A DNA stretch of 52,693 nucleotides from an uncultured Clostridia bacterium (GTDB lineage: Bacteria > Bacillota > Clostridia > Christensenellales > UBA1242), in contig CALWKH010000001.1 in NCBI GenBank assembly GCA_944381195.1, positions 1 to 52,693 of the forward strand, read 5' to 3'. This document shows, piece by piece, positions 36,153-45,778 of the stretch. The notes under the pieces are model-generated. The model was not told where the DNA came from and did no database searches. It worked only from the letters and a program-made list of their open reading frames with translations. The position numbers and the translations under genes were made by a program. The number at the start of each line of letters is the position of its first letter. Positions within the stretch are counted from its first letter, which is position 1.

Positions 36153-37349
36153 TTAATCTCCCACTTTATCCTTTATCACATCAAGTCCAACAAGCCCATG
36201 ACCTTCCAAAAGTTTTAGGCTTGCTCCTCCACCAGTTGAAAGGTGTGTGATTTTGTCTGCAACACCAAACTTGGTTGCAGCAGAAACGCTGTCGCCACCT
36301 CCAACAATGCTGGTTGCACTTGATTTTGCAACTGCCTCTGCAATTGCTTTTGTTCCCTTTTCAAAGTTTTTGAATTCAAAAACACCCATTGGTCCGTTCC
36401 AGAAAATTGTCTTTGCTTTTGCAATGACGCTTGAATATTGCTTGATTGTTTTTGGTCCAATGTCCATGCCTATGTCATCATCCAAAAATTCTTCTGTTTT
36501 GATTGGGTCTGCCTCTGCAAGCACATGAAACTCTTTTGAAGCCATGTGGTCAACAGGAAGCATGATTTTTGTTCCATTTTCTTCTGCTCTGTCAAGCAAA
36601 AGTTTTGCTAAATTTATTTTGTCTTTTTCAACTGTTGAAGCACCCATTTTAAAGCCCTTTGCTTCAAGGAAAGTGTATGCCATTGCTCCACCAATTAAGA
36701 TGATGTCGGCAATGTTTATGAGGTTTTCAATCACCCCAATTTTATCTTTTATCTTTGCTCCACCAAGAATAACAACAAGCGGTCTTCTTGGGTTGGAAAG
36801 AAGATTTCCAAACATTTTGATTTCTTTTTCAACCAAAAATCCAACACAATTTGGCAACAGTTTCGCAACACCAACTGTGCTTGCGTGTGCCCTGTGCATT
36901 GTTCCAAATGCGTCATTGCAATAGATGTCTGCAAGGGAAGCAAGATTTTTGCAAAATTCCGCATCGTTTGCTTCTTCGCCTGGGTCAAATCTTAGGTTTT
37001 CAAGCATCACAACGTCACCGTCAAGCATGTTGCGAACAAACTTTCTTGTCTCCTTGCCATAAATTTCCCCACTGAATAGAACTGGAGTTTTTAAAAGATT
37101 TTGCAAATATTTTGCAATGGGCTTAAGTGAATATTTTTCATTCGGCTTGCCATCTGGGCGACCAAGGTGTGAACAAATGATTGTTTTTGCTCCATTTTCA
37201 ATCAGATATTTTATTGTTGGCAACTCTTCAACAATTCTTTTATCACTTGTGATATTCCCCGCTTCGTTCATTGGAACATTGAAGTCCACCCTTAATAAAA
37301 CTCTTTTACCTCTTAAATCTAAATCTTTCAGTGTTACTTTATCAAACAT
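36153..37349 (-). CDS. pgk: Phosphoglycerate kinase
   Basis: RVDFNVP, ILGGAKIKDKI, WNGPMGVFE and STGGGASL motifs. Confidence 0.95.
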   Translation of the reverse strand: MFDKVTLKDLDLRGKRVLLRVDFNVPMNEAGNITSDKRIVEELPTIKYLIENGAKTIICSHLGRPDGKPNEKYSLKPIAKYLQNLLKTPVLFSGEIYGKETRKFVRNMLDGDVVMLENLRFDPGEEANDAEFCKNLASLADIYCNDAFGTMHRAHASTVGVAKLLPNCVGFLVEKEIKMFGNLLSNPRRPLVVILGGAKIKDKIGVIENLINIADIILIGGAMAYTFLEAKGFKMGASTVEKDKINLAKLLLDRAEENGTKIMLPVDHMASKEFHVLAEADPIKTEEFLDDDIGMDIGPKTIKQYSSVIAKAKTIFWNGPMGVFEFKNFEKGTKAIAEAVAKSSATSIVGGGDSVSAATKFGVADKITHLSTGGGASLKLLEGHGLVGLDVIKDKVGD

Positions 37350-37350
37350 T

Positions 37351-38988
37351 TTATTCCTCCATTAAAATTGTTTTTATTGCAATATCCATATAGTCCGTTT
37401 CAAGTTTCCCGAACTCATATAGCAAAGTAAAATAAGATTGTGTGTCAATTTTTCTGTTTTCCATAACATTTTGCACAAGGTTACACCTTGCCTGTGTGTT
37501 TTTGTCTATGTTTATATCATTGATTTCAAAGATCTTTTTAACTTCATCTTCGCTTGACGAAGACGAATCTTTCAGCAAAAGGTTAACCTTTTCACCAAGG
37601 TCATTGATGTCATGACTTAAATTTTTGAGCACTTCAATTTGCGAGTTTAACAAACTTCTTGGCTTGCTTTTTATTGTTTTGGCAAAATCATCAAAGCGTG
37701 AATTAACCTTTAAAATTTGCGAATTATCATTCAAAATGTTAAGCAAAATATTTATTCTGTCAAGTTGATTTTTATAGTGACTTCCCACCCGAATTGCACT
37801 GTTGGTTGTGAGCTTTATTGCTTTCTCAATTGCCTTAAGTTTTCCTTTTTGAGAAACATATTCTTGGTCTCTATCAAAGATTATTGCACAAAGTTTTTTG
37901 TTTAAACTTATTTGCATTTCCAAAATTTTTGCGGCGTTTTGTCTTACCGACCCAAACGCAATCACTGGGTTGTTTATTGTTCTGTCATCAATTTCAAAGT
38001 CTTCATATTCTGCTTTGGAACCGTTTTTGCCTTTTTTTACAATTAAATTCATTAAAGATGCCAAGGGTTTTGAAAACGGCAACAATAAAAGTGATGGAAC
38101 AAGGTTAAAGAGAATCATTATAATTACCAAACTGATGCTTGCATTTCCAGCACAAAGGTCAAAATGTATCCACTCTGCCCATGCGGGAATTAACATCAAA
38201 AGCGGGAATAAAATGCAACTGAAAATTTTAAAAATCACATTAAAGCCAACAACCTTGCGTCCGTTTACCCCATCGCCAAACCGGGTTAAAAACATTATAA
38301 TCAGTGCTGTTCCAAGATTTGATCCATAAATTGCATAGCACGCAGGTATAAATTCCATTGCACCTGTTCCAACAAGAGCGATCAAGATTGTGAGCACTGG
38401 GAAAGAACTTTGCATAATAAGACTTAAACACATTCCAAGAAGCATCAACAAAATTGGGTTTGTTATTGCTGAAAGCACACTTTGCATATCAATCATTCCA
38501 GCAAGGTTTTGCATACTGGAGCCAAGAAGTGTGATTCCGAGGCACAAAAGTCCAAAGCCCAGCAAAGTTCGACCAACAACCTCTGTTCTTGTTCGTTTTG
38601 CGCAAAGCAGAACAATTATTCCAATCAAACAGAAGATTGATAAAATTTGAAGCAAGTTTATACTTTCAAAAGCCATTAAAACCATTGCAAGTGCAGAGCC
38701 CAAATTTGCACCCAAAACAAGTGCCAACGCCTGAGCAAGACCAATTGCGCCAATGTTAACAAGCCCCGTTGCCATGGTCACGGTTAACACCGAAGTTTGC
38801 ACAACAAAAGTTGTGCCAGTTCCAATTAAATAGTTTTTGAAATTGTTTTTTGATGCTTTGCCAAGCATTTGTTTGAACTTTGGTCCAATTACCGTTTCAA
38901 TGCTTGAATTCATCACCTTTATTCCATAGAGAATGACACCCAAGCCAGCAAGAGCAAGCATCAATTCATAAAAAATATCTAAATTCAT
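37351..38988 (-). CDS. Na/Pi cotransporter family protein with a PhoU-like C-terminal domain
   Basis: 545 aa with duplicated Na_Pi_cotrans TM repeats (GANLGSA / GSNLGTA) and a helical C-terminal half. Its last codons (ATGGAGGAATAA) supply the pgk RBS. Confidence 0.82.
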   Translation of the reverse strand: MNLDIFYELMLALAGLGVILYGIKVMNSSIETVIGPKFKQMLGKASKNNFKNYLIGTGTTFVVQTSVLTVTMATGLVNIGAIGLAQALALVLGANLGSALAMVLMAFESINLLQILSIFCLIGIIVLLCAKRTRTEVVGRTLLGFGLLCLGITLLGSSMQNLAGMIDMQSVLSAITNPILLMLLGMCLSLIMQSSFPVLTILIALVGTGAMEFIPACYAIYGSNLGTALIIMFLTRFGDGVNGRKVVGFNVIFKIFSCILFPLLMLIPAWAEWIHFDLCAGNASISLVIIMILFNLVPSLLLLPFSKPLASLMNLIVKKGKNGSKAEYEDFEIDDRTINNPVIAFGSVRQNAAKILEMQISLNKKLCAIIFDRDQEYVSQKGKLKAIEKAIKLTTNSAIRVGSHYKNQLDRINILLNILNDNSQILKVNSRFDDFAKTIKSKPRSLLNSQIEVLKNLSHDINDLGEKVNLLLKDSSSSSEDEVKKIFEINDINIDKNTQARCNLVQNVMENRKIDTQSYFTLLYEFGKLETDYMDIAIKTILMEE

Positions 38989-39054
38989 TTTTCACCAATT
39001 GTTTTACTAACTTAAATAATACTAAATTTAGACAAAACTAGCAACTAAAAAATG

Positions 39055-39987
39055 CTAATTTATGAAAAGTTTATCAATTATTTCAAGAACTTCTTGAAGA
39101 TTGTCACTTGTTACCAATTTGTGCCTGATTTGTTTTGCGTGTGGAATTTTCTGCACATAGCAAGCAAGATGTTTTCTCATATGAAGCAAAACAAGTTTTT
39201 CGGGAAAAAAGTTTTGCAAAATTTGAAAATGCTTTCTTATTATCTCCCCAACATTTTTCGGTGCAACATTGTCATATTTTTTGGAAAATATCCACGGTCT
39301 GCCAAGTGCGGCTCTGCCAATTGCAACACCATCAACACCAAAGTTTTTCATCTTTTCCTCTGCCTCAGCAAAAGAAAGAACATCACCATTGCCAATAACT
39401 GGAATTTTGACGCTTTCTTTCACTTTTTGAATTTCGTTCCAATCGGCAAGTCCAGTGTAGAGTTGCGTTTTGGTTCTGCCATGCACACAAACTGCGCTTG
39501 CCCCACTGTCTTCACACATTTTGGCAAAATCAGTGGCAACAATGTGCTTAAAGTCAAAACCAATTCGAAACTTAACGGTAACAGGCTGTTTGGTGTTTCT
39601 TTCAACGGCTTTAATGACTTCGCTTGCTGTTTTGAAATCATTTAAAAGCGCAGAGCCCATTCCCTCTTTTACTACCTTTGGCATTGGGCAACCCATGTTG
39701 ATGTCGATTAAGTCAAAGTCTTTCAGTATGCCACGCCTCATAACCTCAGCAACAACATCTGGTTCGTTTGAAAAAATTTGAACTGCCTTTGGCTTTTCAC
39801 TTTTATCATAGTTTAATAAACTTTTTGTGCCATCGTTCATATAAAGTAGCCCCTTTGCACTCACCATTTCAGTTGTAGTAAGTCCACAGCCAAAACTTGA
39901 ACAAAGATAGCGAAAACCACAATCGGTAAAACCAGCCATTGGCGCAAGCAAGACATTTGACGACAGTTTAACATCTTTTATTTTCAC
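39055..39987 (-). CDS. dusB: tRNA-dihydrouridine synthase
   Basis: VLLAPMAGFTD, DINMGCP and VKFRIG motifs. I place the start at GTG 39987 (GGAGG 5 nt upstream) because the longer track ORF runs through the hup terminator. Confidence 0.85.
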   Translation of the reverse strand: MKIKDVKLSSNVLLAPMAGFTDCGFRYLCSSFGCGLTTTEMVSAKGLLYMNDGTKSLLNYDKSEKPKAVQIFSNEPDVVAEVMRRGILKDFDLIDINMGCPMPKVVKEGMGSALLNDFKTASEVIKAVERNTKQPVTVKFRIGFDFKHIVATDFAKMCEDSGASAVCVHGRTKTQLYTGLADWNEIQKVKESVKIPVIGNGDVLSFAEAEEKMKNFGVDGVAIGRAALGRPWIFSKKYDNVAPKNVGEIIRKHFQILQNFFPEKLVLLHMRKHLACYVQKIPHAKQIRHKLVTSDNLQEVLEIIDKLFIN

Positions 39988-39997
39988 ATTTTCCTCC

Positions 39998-40030
39998 AAC
40001 AAAAAAGGGCTAAACCAAAGTTTGCCCTTT
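39998..40030 (-). terminator. Rho-independent terminator after hup
   Basis: Stem AAAGGGC/GCCCTTT with a 13-nt loop, followed by TTTTTTG on the minus strand. Confidence 0.55.
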
Positions 40031-40047
40031 TTATGATTTTTAAGCAA

Positions 40048-40320
40048 TTAGTTAATTGCATCTTTAAGGCCTTTTCCAGCCTTGAATGCAGGAACTTTGC
40101 AAGCAGGGATTTTGATTGCAGTTTTTGTAAGAGGGTTGATTCCATCTCTTGCTGCACGCTTTTTAGCCTCGAATTTTCCAAAGCCTGTCAAAACGATTTC
40201 ATCACCTTTTTTAAGTGTTTCTGTAATTACATCAAGAGTTGCGTTTATAACTCTTGCAGACTCAGCCTGTGTAACTCCAGTTTTTTCAGCAACTGCTGCA
40301 ATAAATTCTTGTTTGTTCAT
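40048..40320 (-). CDS. hup: DNA-binding protein HU
   Basis: 90 aa: MNKQEFIAAVAEKTG...GFGKFEAKKRAARDGINPLTKTAIKIPACKVPAFKAGKGLKDAIN. Confidence 0.95.
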   Translation of the reverse strand: MNKQEFIAAVAEKTGVTQAESARVINATLDVITETLKKGDEIVLTGFGKFEAKKRAARDGINPLTKTAIKIPACKVPAFKAGKGLKDAIN

Positions 40321-40451
40321 AATTAACTCTCCTTTTTAAAAGTTAAGTAAATTTTAGCATAAATTTTAAGAAAAAAAAAGCAAAATAAGCCCATTTTAGC
40401 AAATTTTTTATAAATTTTGCATAATTTTTGCCCATTTTTGCTTTAATTTTA

Positions 40452-40721
40452 TCAAATTTTACTTTTCAAAGCGCCACTTGCCTTAAAAACAGGAAGATAT
40501 CTTGCATTAAGAGAACAAATTTTTTGTGTTTGGGGATTGTAACTTTTTCGTTCTTTATAGTGCTTCATATAAAACTTTCCAAAACCAGCAAGTGATACCA
40601 TTTCCCCTCTTTGTAATGATGCAGTTAAAACTTCTTTGAAGGCATTTAGACACAAAAGGCAATCTTTTTGCGAAAGTTTTGACTGCTTTGAAAGTCTTTT
40701 TACAAGTTCTGTTTTATTCAT
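40452..40721 (-). CDS. Divergent HU/IHF-family DNA-binding protein (second tandem paralogue)
   Basis: 89 aa: MNKTELVKRL..GFGKFYMKHYKERKSYNPQTQKICSLNARYLPVFKASGALK. AGGAGG RBS. Confidence 0.8.
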   Translation of the reverse strand: MNKTELVKRLSKQSKLSQKDCLLCLNAFKEVLTASLQRGEMVSLAGFGKFYMKHYKERKSYNPQTQKICSLNARYLPVFKASGALKSKI

Positions 40722-40762
40722 GTTTTTCCTCCTTTAAAAGAGTTATAACCCTTTTTGCAAAT

Positions 40763-42304
40763 TTATAAACCTTGTTTTTTGATTTTTAGAGATTTTAATA
40801 GGTTTTTTTCTGGAAGCAAACAAAACATTGAAAAAAGATAAACAGCAATACCAAGCAAAATCGCAAGTGGAAGCATGATATATATGCTTATTGCAAAATG
40901 AAAATTCATAACCACAAAAAGCGCAAGAGCCATTAAAATGCTTGAAGCAAAAATTGCAAAAAATTCTTTATTTGCCCGCACCACAAAAAGTTTCTTTTTA
41001 TATATGTAAAAAGCATTAAGAGAAGTTGCCGTTATGAAAAAGGCATATTTTGCAATCATCACACCAAAAATGTTTATACTTGGAATTGGCACCAACAAAA
41101 CAATCAGCACAGTTTTTAATATGAAGGCAATCAGCATATTAACAACTGGAACATATGATTTATTGACCGCCTGCATTGAAGCGTTTTGTGTTTGCAAAGT
41201 TGAGGTCAAAAAAATCAAGAAAGAAGATAAAATCAGCAAATTGGTTGCAACAAGTGGCTCATTGAAAAGTTGTGTGTTAAGAGAGTTTCCATATAGAAAA
41301 GACAAAACATATGGCGCAAGGACCATTATCGCAAAAGAGCAAGGAACAGAAAGATTGAAAGATAACGAAAGTGCTTGCTGATAGTTTTTGCTTGCATTCT
41401 GCAAATTGCTGGCAATTGTTGGCAAAACCGCCGTTGCAATTGCAAGCGTTAAGACAACGGGCAGATTGATAAGAGAACTTACCACCCCAGAATCAATTCC
41501 CCATAAAATTGTGCTTATCTCGGTTGAATATCCGCCACTTTTAAGCAAATTGACCACCAAAAAACTGTCAATAAACAAAGAAAATGGAATTATTATGGTG
41601 GCAATGACGATTGGAAAGGAAGTTTTTACAAGTGAAACAAAAATTTGTTTTGATGTAAGCAAACTTTTTTCAACTTGTTCTTCCTTTTTTCTATCTATCA
41701 TATAATTTAAAATCATATATCCAGTTGCAACAACCTCACTTAATGTTACACCAGCAATTGCACCAAGAACACCATATTCAATTCCCTTTGGCACTAGAAG
41801 AAAACTTAGAGTAAGTCCAAAAACAAGCTTGAAAAATTGCTCAATCACATTGCTCATGGATGTTGGCAACATATTGAGTTTGCCTTGATAATATCCCCTA
41901 TATGCAGACAGCACGCTTACAAGAACCACAGCAGGAGCAATCACCATATATGGAAGTGTTGCAAGCGAATTGCCTTGCAAGGATGCAATGGCACCCGCAC
42001 AAAAAAATAAAATTATTCCAAAGATAAAACCAATTGAAAGCAAAGTTATTAAACTGATTTTTAAAATTTTCCTTCTGTCTGCGTCATTTTTTGCTGTTGC
42101 CACCATTTTACTGATTGCAGAAGGCATTCCGCTTGAAGACATAACCAAAATTAAAGAAAAAACTGGAAAAACAAGTTGATAGATTCCCAGTCCCTCAGCA
42201 CCCAATATCCAAGTGAGTGGAATGCGATATACCGCACCCAATCCTTTGGCAATGATGCTTCCAATAAGCAAAATCAAAACTCCGTTTAAAAAGGTTTTCT
42301 TCAT
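40763..42304 (-). CDS. MOP-superfamily flippase (SpoVB/MurJ-like polysaccharide biosynthesis protein)
   Basis: 513 aa with about 14 TM helices. The N-terminus LILLIGSIIAKGLGAVYRIPL..GLGIYQLVFP..GMPSAISKMVA resembles SpoVB. Confidence 0.72.
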   Translation of the reverse strand: MKKTFLNGVLILLIGSIIAKGLGAVYRIPLTWILGAEGLGIYQLVFPVFSLILVMSSSGMPSAISKMVATAKNDADRRKILKISLITLLSIGFIFGIILFFCAGAIASLQGNSLATLPYMVIAPAVVLVSVLSAYRGYYQGKLNMLPTSMSNVIEQFFKLVFGLTLSFLLVPKGIEYGVLGAIAGVTLSEVVATGYMILNYMIDRKKEEQVEKSLLTSKQIFVSLVKTSFPIVIATIIIPFSLFIDSFLVVNLLKSGGYSTEISTILWGIDSGVVSSLINLPVVLTLAIATAVLPTIASNLQNASKNYQQALSLSFNLSVPCSFAIMVLAPYVLSFLYGNSLNTQLFNEPLVATNLLILSSFLIFLTSTLQTQNASMQAVNKSYVPVVNMLIAFILKTVLIVLLVPIPSINIFGVMIAKYAFFITATSLNAFYIYKKKLFVVRANKEFFAIFASSILMALALFVVMNFHFAISIYIMLPLAILLGIAVYLFSMFCLLPEKNLLKSLKIKKQGL

Positions 42305-42343
42305 GTTGATAGTTTGCTTTTTAAACGAACAATTATACTTAAA

Positions 42344-43657
42344 TTAAAGATTTTTTATTGCATTTTCAATTTCTGTTGCAATTTTTTCCAAATCACTTGC
42401 AAAGCCCTCAACAATCACTCGAATAAGCGGTTCTGTTCCACTTGCACGAACAATGATTCTTTCACCGTCTTTCATGCTGTTTTTCTTGCTCTCAACAAAA
42501 TCATCAAGTTCGCCAGATAAAAATTTTTCTTTTTGATCGTTAGATATTCTTACATTTCTTTTTGCTTGCTTAAAGATTTCTAGTTCTTTAATTTTTTCAA
42601 AATAGCCCTGCTTCATGATTTTTGTAACAAACAGTGCAGTCAAAAGCCCGTCTGAGCAAAGGTTATAGTCACCCCAAACGATATGACCATTGTCTTCTGC
42701 TCCAAAGGAAAGATTGTTTTCAAGAAGTTTTTGTTGAATAAACTTTCCTCCAACCCCCACTCGTTGAACACCTATGCCAAACTTTTCCAAACTTTTATCT
42801 AAGCCACAGTTTGTAACATATGGAGTTATAATTTCATTTGCTTTCAATTTTCCGTTGTTTTTAAGGTAGTTAGAGCAAAGAAAAATAAGTGCTTCGCCAG
42901 ACATAATCTCGCCACTTGCAAAACAAACATTAACTCTGTCAGCATCTCCGTCAAAAGAAAAACCAACATCAGCACCACAAGATTTAATAAAACTTGAAAT
43001 CGCTTCGGTGTGAGTGCTTCCACAATCTTTGTTGATAAGTTTTCCATTGTCGCTGTTATTGATGCAAAAGACCTCTGCCCCCAAATCAGAAAAAACTTTT
43101 GGAGCAACAGAAAAACTTGCACCATTAGCACAATCAAGGGCAACTTTTATTCCATTAAAGGAAAAATCATCTGCTTTTTTTATATAATCTTCATATTGTT
43201 TATTAAAAGATACAAACTCATTTTTGCCCTGCTTAATATTCTCTTTCAAACTTGGTTGCTCATAGAAAATTTTTGTAACCTCTTCTTCCTGTGAGTCATT
43301 AAATTTATAACCTTCTTTGGTGATAAATTTTAAGCCATTATATTCACCAGTATTATGACTTGCTGTTATCATTATTCCCATGTCAAAATGATTTGCTCTC
43401 ACCAAATAGTGAAGCGCAGGTGTTGGAATAATGCCAGCACAAGAAGTATCTATGCCAAGTGAATTTAAGGCAGAATATACCTCTTTTTCAATGTCCTGTT
43501 TTGAAACTCGTGTGTCAGTTGCAATAAGAACTTTTTTATTACTTCCACCTTTTAAAAGATAGACACCAACACTTTTTGTTAGTCTTTTAATAAAATCTAA
43601 ATTAAAATCTTCGCCATAGACTCCACGAACGCCGTCCGTTCCAAAAACACTTTTCAT
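42344..43657 (-). CDS. glmM: Phosphoglucosamine mutase-like alpha-D-phosphohexomutase
   Basis: FGTDGVRG N-terminus, active-site loop TASHNTGEYNGLKF and Mg site FDGDADR. The ATG at 43657 overlaps the trxB stop (TGATG). Confidence 0.72.
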   Translation of the reverse strand: MKSVFGTDGVRGVYGEDFNLDFIKRLTKSVGVYLLKGGSNKKVLIATDTRVSKQDIEKEVYSALNSLGIDTSCAGIIPTPALHYLVRANHFDMGIMITASHNTGEYNGLKFITKEGYKFNDSQEEEVTKIFYEQPSLKENIKQGKNEFVSFNKQYEDYIKKADDFSFNGIKVALDCANGASFSVAPKVFSDLGAEVFCINNSDNGKLINKDCGSTHTEAISSFIKSCGADVGFSFDGDADRVNVCFASGEIMSGEALIFLCSNYLKNNGKLKANEIITPYVTNCGLDKSLEKFGIGVQRVGVGGKFIQQKLLENNLSFGAEDNGHIVWGDYNLCSDGLLTALFVTKIMKQGYFEKIKELEIFKQAKRNVRISNDQKEKFLSGELDDFVESKKNSMKDGERIIVRASGTEPLIRVIVEGFASDLEKIATEIENAIKNL

Positions 43658-44598
43658 CAAACACCCCTAACACTTTTTACATATGAACTCGCACTAATTC
43701 CAGCAATTGCACCATCGCCAGTTGCGGTGGCAATTTGTCTTAATGTTTTATGCGTTATATCTCCGCAGGCAAAAATGCCGTCAAGATTGGTTTTCATGTG
43801 CTGATCAACAGTAACATATCCTGTTTCATCAAGTTTAAGTCTTTTATCCAAAATTTCAGTTTGTGGAACCCTGCCTATCGCAACAAAAAGCCCGTCAGCC
43901 TTGACTTCAACAAGTTCATTTGTCTTAAGATTACGAAGCATCAAGCCTTCCAAAACCTTGTCGCCCTTAAGGCTTTCAATAACATAGCCAAGATATGCTT
44001 CAATTTTGCTGTCTTTTTGGTTTTTCAATTTGTTATATGTTTCAAGGTTTGCGTTATCTGCTCGAAATTCACTGCGTCTATTTATATGTATGATTTTTTT
44101 TGCAAAAGTTGACAAATATTCAATATCTTGAAAAGCACTGTTTCCTCCGCCAACAACAGCAACCACCTTATCCTTGAAAAAGGCACCGTCACAGATTGCA
44201 CAATAACTGAGCCCCTTGCCAGCAAAGCGTGCATCTTCTTTTGTTCCAAGAGCCCTTGCAGATGCACCCATTGCAAGAATCACAGCATATGCAACATAGG
44301 TAACATCTTTTGTTTTTACCTTTTTCATTTCACCACTAAAATCAATATCAAAAGCTTCAACATAATCAATTTCCGCACCCAAGCCCATGGTTTGCTCCAT
44401 TATGTTTTGGCTTAATGAAATGCCATCAATAACCTTGAAGCCTGGATAGTTTTCAATGCGTGGTGTAAGTGCAACTTGCCCACCAACAGCCATTTTTTCA
44501 AGTATAACACATTTCATGCCCGCACGCTGAGCATATATTGCCGCTGTCATTCCAGCGGGACCACCACCAATTATCACAATATCATATATCTTTTCCAT
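43657..44598 (-). CDS. trxB: Thioredoxin-disulfide reductase
   Basis: DIVIIGGGPAGMTAA, redox CAICDG and GGGNSAFQD. Start at Met16 (44598) after GAGGTGAAT. Confidence 0.9.
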   Translation of the reverse strand: MEKIYDIVIIGGGPAGMTAAIYAQRAGMKCVILEKMAVGGQVALTPRIENYPGFKVIDGISLSQNIMEQTMGLGAEIDYVEAFDIDFSGEMKKVKTKDVTYVAYAVILAMGASARALGTKEDARFAGKGLSYCAICDGAFFKDKVVAVVGGGNSAFQDIEYLSTFAKKIIHINRRSEFRADNANLETYNKLKNQKDSKIEAYLGYVIESLKGDKVLEGLMLRNLKTNELVEVKADGLFVAIGRVPQTEILDKRLKLDETGYVTVDQHMKTNLDGIFACGDITHKTLRQIATATGDGAIAGISASSYVKSVRGV

Positions 44599-44641
44599 AT
44601 TCACCTCAAATGTTTTATATTTGATATTATTATATAAAAAC

Positions 44642-44670
44642 AAAAAAAATAAAGCAAGTTTTTGCTTTAT
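44642..44670 (-). terminator. Rho-independent terminator after rpsR
   Basis: Stem ATAAAGCAA/TTGCTTTAT followed by TTTTTTTG on the minus strand. Confidence 0.7.
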
Positions 44671-44710
44671 TTTTATTATGAGAATATGATTTCTTTTGTG
44701 TTAAAAGCAA

Positions 44711-45034
44711 TTATTCACCTTTATAGTGAAGAAGTGCCATGTGTCTTGCTCTCTTGATTGCTGTTGTTAATTCTCTTTGATGTTTTGAGCAAGTTCCAGT
44801 TTGTCTGCTTGGAATGATTTTTCCATTTTCAGTTACAAACTTTCTTATTCTTTGAACATCTTTATAGTCAATGTGTTCAACCTTGTCTGCACAGAACTGA
44901 CAAACCTTTCTTTTTTGCATTGGTCTGCGCATTTTACGAACTTCGCCTTCTGGCTTTGCTTTCTTTTCGGTCTTTTCAGTCTTTTCTGCTTCAACAACAG
45001 GCTCTTTTTCTGTTACTTTTTCAGTTTCAGCCAT
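44711..45034 (-). CDS. rpsR: 30S ribosomal protein bS18
   Basis: [48 protein letters not shown]. The longest ORF adds a Glu/Lys-rich N-terminal extension of about 34 aa. An alternative start is Met35 at 44932. Confidence 0.9.
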   Translation of the reverse strand: MAETEKVTEKEPVVEAEKTEKTEKKAKPEGEVRKMRRPMQKRKVCQFCADKVEHIDYKDVQRIRKFVTENGKIIPSRQTGTCSKHQRELTTAIKRARHMALLHYKGE

Positions 45035-45058
45035 AATTTATTTTCTCTCCTTTCTTAA

Positions 45059-45469
45059 TTAAAATGGAAGGTCGCCGTCATCAACTGGTTCAAGAGAAAT
45101 AACTTTTTCTTCTTCTTGTTTTACCTCTGGTGTTTCGTTTGTGTCGCTGGCAATTCTTTGACCAACAAACTCAACTTCTTCTGCAATTACCTCGGCAATT
45201 GTTCTTTTCTCTCCAGTTTTAGATTCATATGACCTTACTTGAAGTGTGCCGTAAACAGCAGCCTTACTGCCTTTTTTAAGATATTTGTGGCAAGATTCTG
45301 CTTGATTTCTCCACACAACAATTGGAATAAAATCGGTCTCTCTGTTTCCCTCACTGTTTGTATATCTTCTTGACACTGCCAAAGAAAAGTGACAAACAGG
45401 AACACCACTTGTTGTGGTTGTTATTTCTGGGTCATGAGTTAGATTTCCAATTAAAACTACTTTGTTCAT
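45059..45469 (-). CDS. ssb: Single-stranded DNA-binding protein
   Basis: OB fold MNKVVLIGNLTHDPE... and an acidic tail ending DDGDLPF. Confidence 0.95.
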   Translation of the reverse strand: MNKVVLIGNLTHDPEITTTTSGVPVCHFSLAVSRRYTNSEGNRETDFIPIVVWRNQAESCHKYLKKGSKAAVYGTLQVRSYESKTGEKRTIAEVIAEEVEFVGQRIASDTNETPEVKQEEEKVISLEPVDDGDLPF

Positions 45470-45490
45470 AATTCTGTTCTCTCTTTTTCC

Positions 45491-45778
45491 TTATTTATCT
45501 AATCTTACAAACATCTTTCGAATGAAATGTTCTGTGATTTTCATCTGTTGTTCCATTGCTTTTGGCAAACTTGAATCAGACGTGAAGTTCATAAGAACAT
45601 AAAATCCCTCTGGCTTATCGTTGATTGGATATGCGAATTTTTTCATTCCAATCTTCTCAAGTTGGTCAACAGTTCCACCACTTTTTGTAACCATATCAGC
45701 AAACTTGTTGATGATTGCTTCTCTTGCCTTTTCATCAGCATCGCTTGATATGATATATAAAAGTTCATACTTGTTCAT
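45491..45778 (-). CDS. rpsF: 30S ribosomal protein bS6
   Basis: MNKYELLYIISSD... 95 aa. AGGAGG sits upstream of Met21 of the track ORF. Confidence 0.9.
   Translation of the reverse strand: MNKYELLYIISSDADEKAREAIINKFADMVTKSGGTVDQLEKIGMKKFAYPINDKPEGFYVLMNFTSDSSLPKAMEQQMKITEHFIRKMFVRLDK

Noticed and set aside
39052-39645. 197-aa plus-strand ORF; similar long antisense ORFs occur at 19136-19627, 28777-29184, 37898-38329, 46281-46733, 47764-48183 and 34638-35036
   Set aside because: Each lies wholly inside a homology- or motif-supported gene on the other strand. They are Phe/Leu/Cys/Lys-rich mirror-frame artefacts without an RBS.
39988-40047. N-terminal 20-codon extension of the dusB ORF in the track
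   Set aside because: It would run through the hup terminator hairpin (39998-40030). A GTG with a GGAGG RBS at 39987 gives the canonical Dus N-terminus (.KI....L.N.V.LAPMAG).
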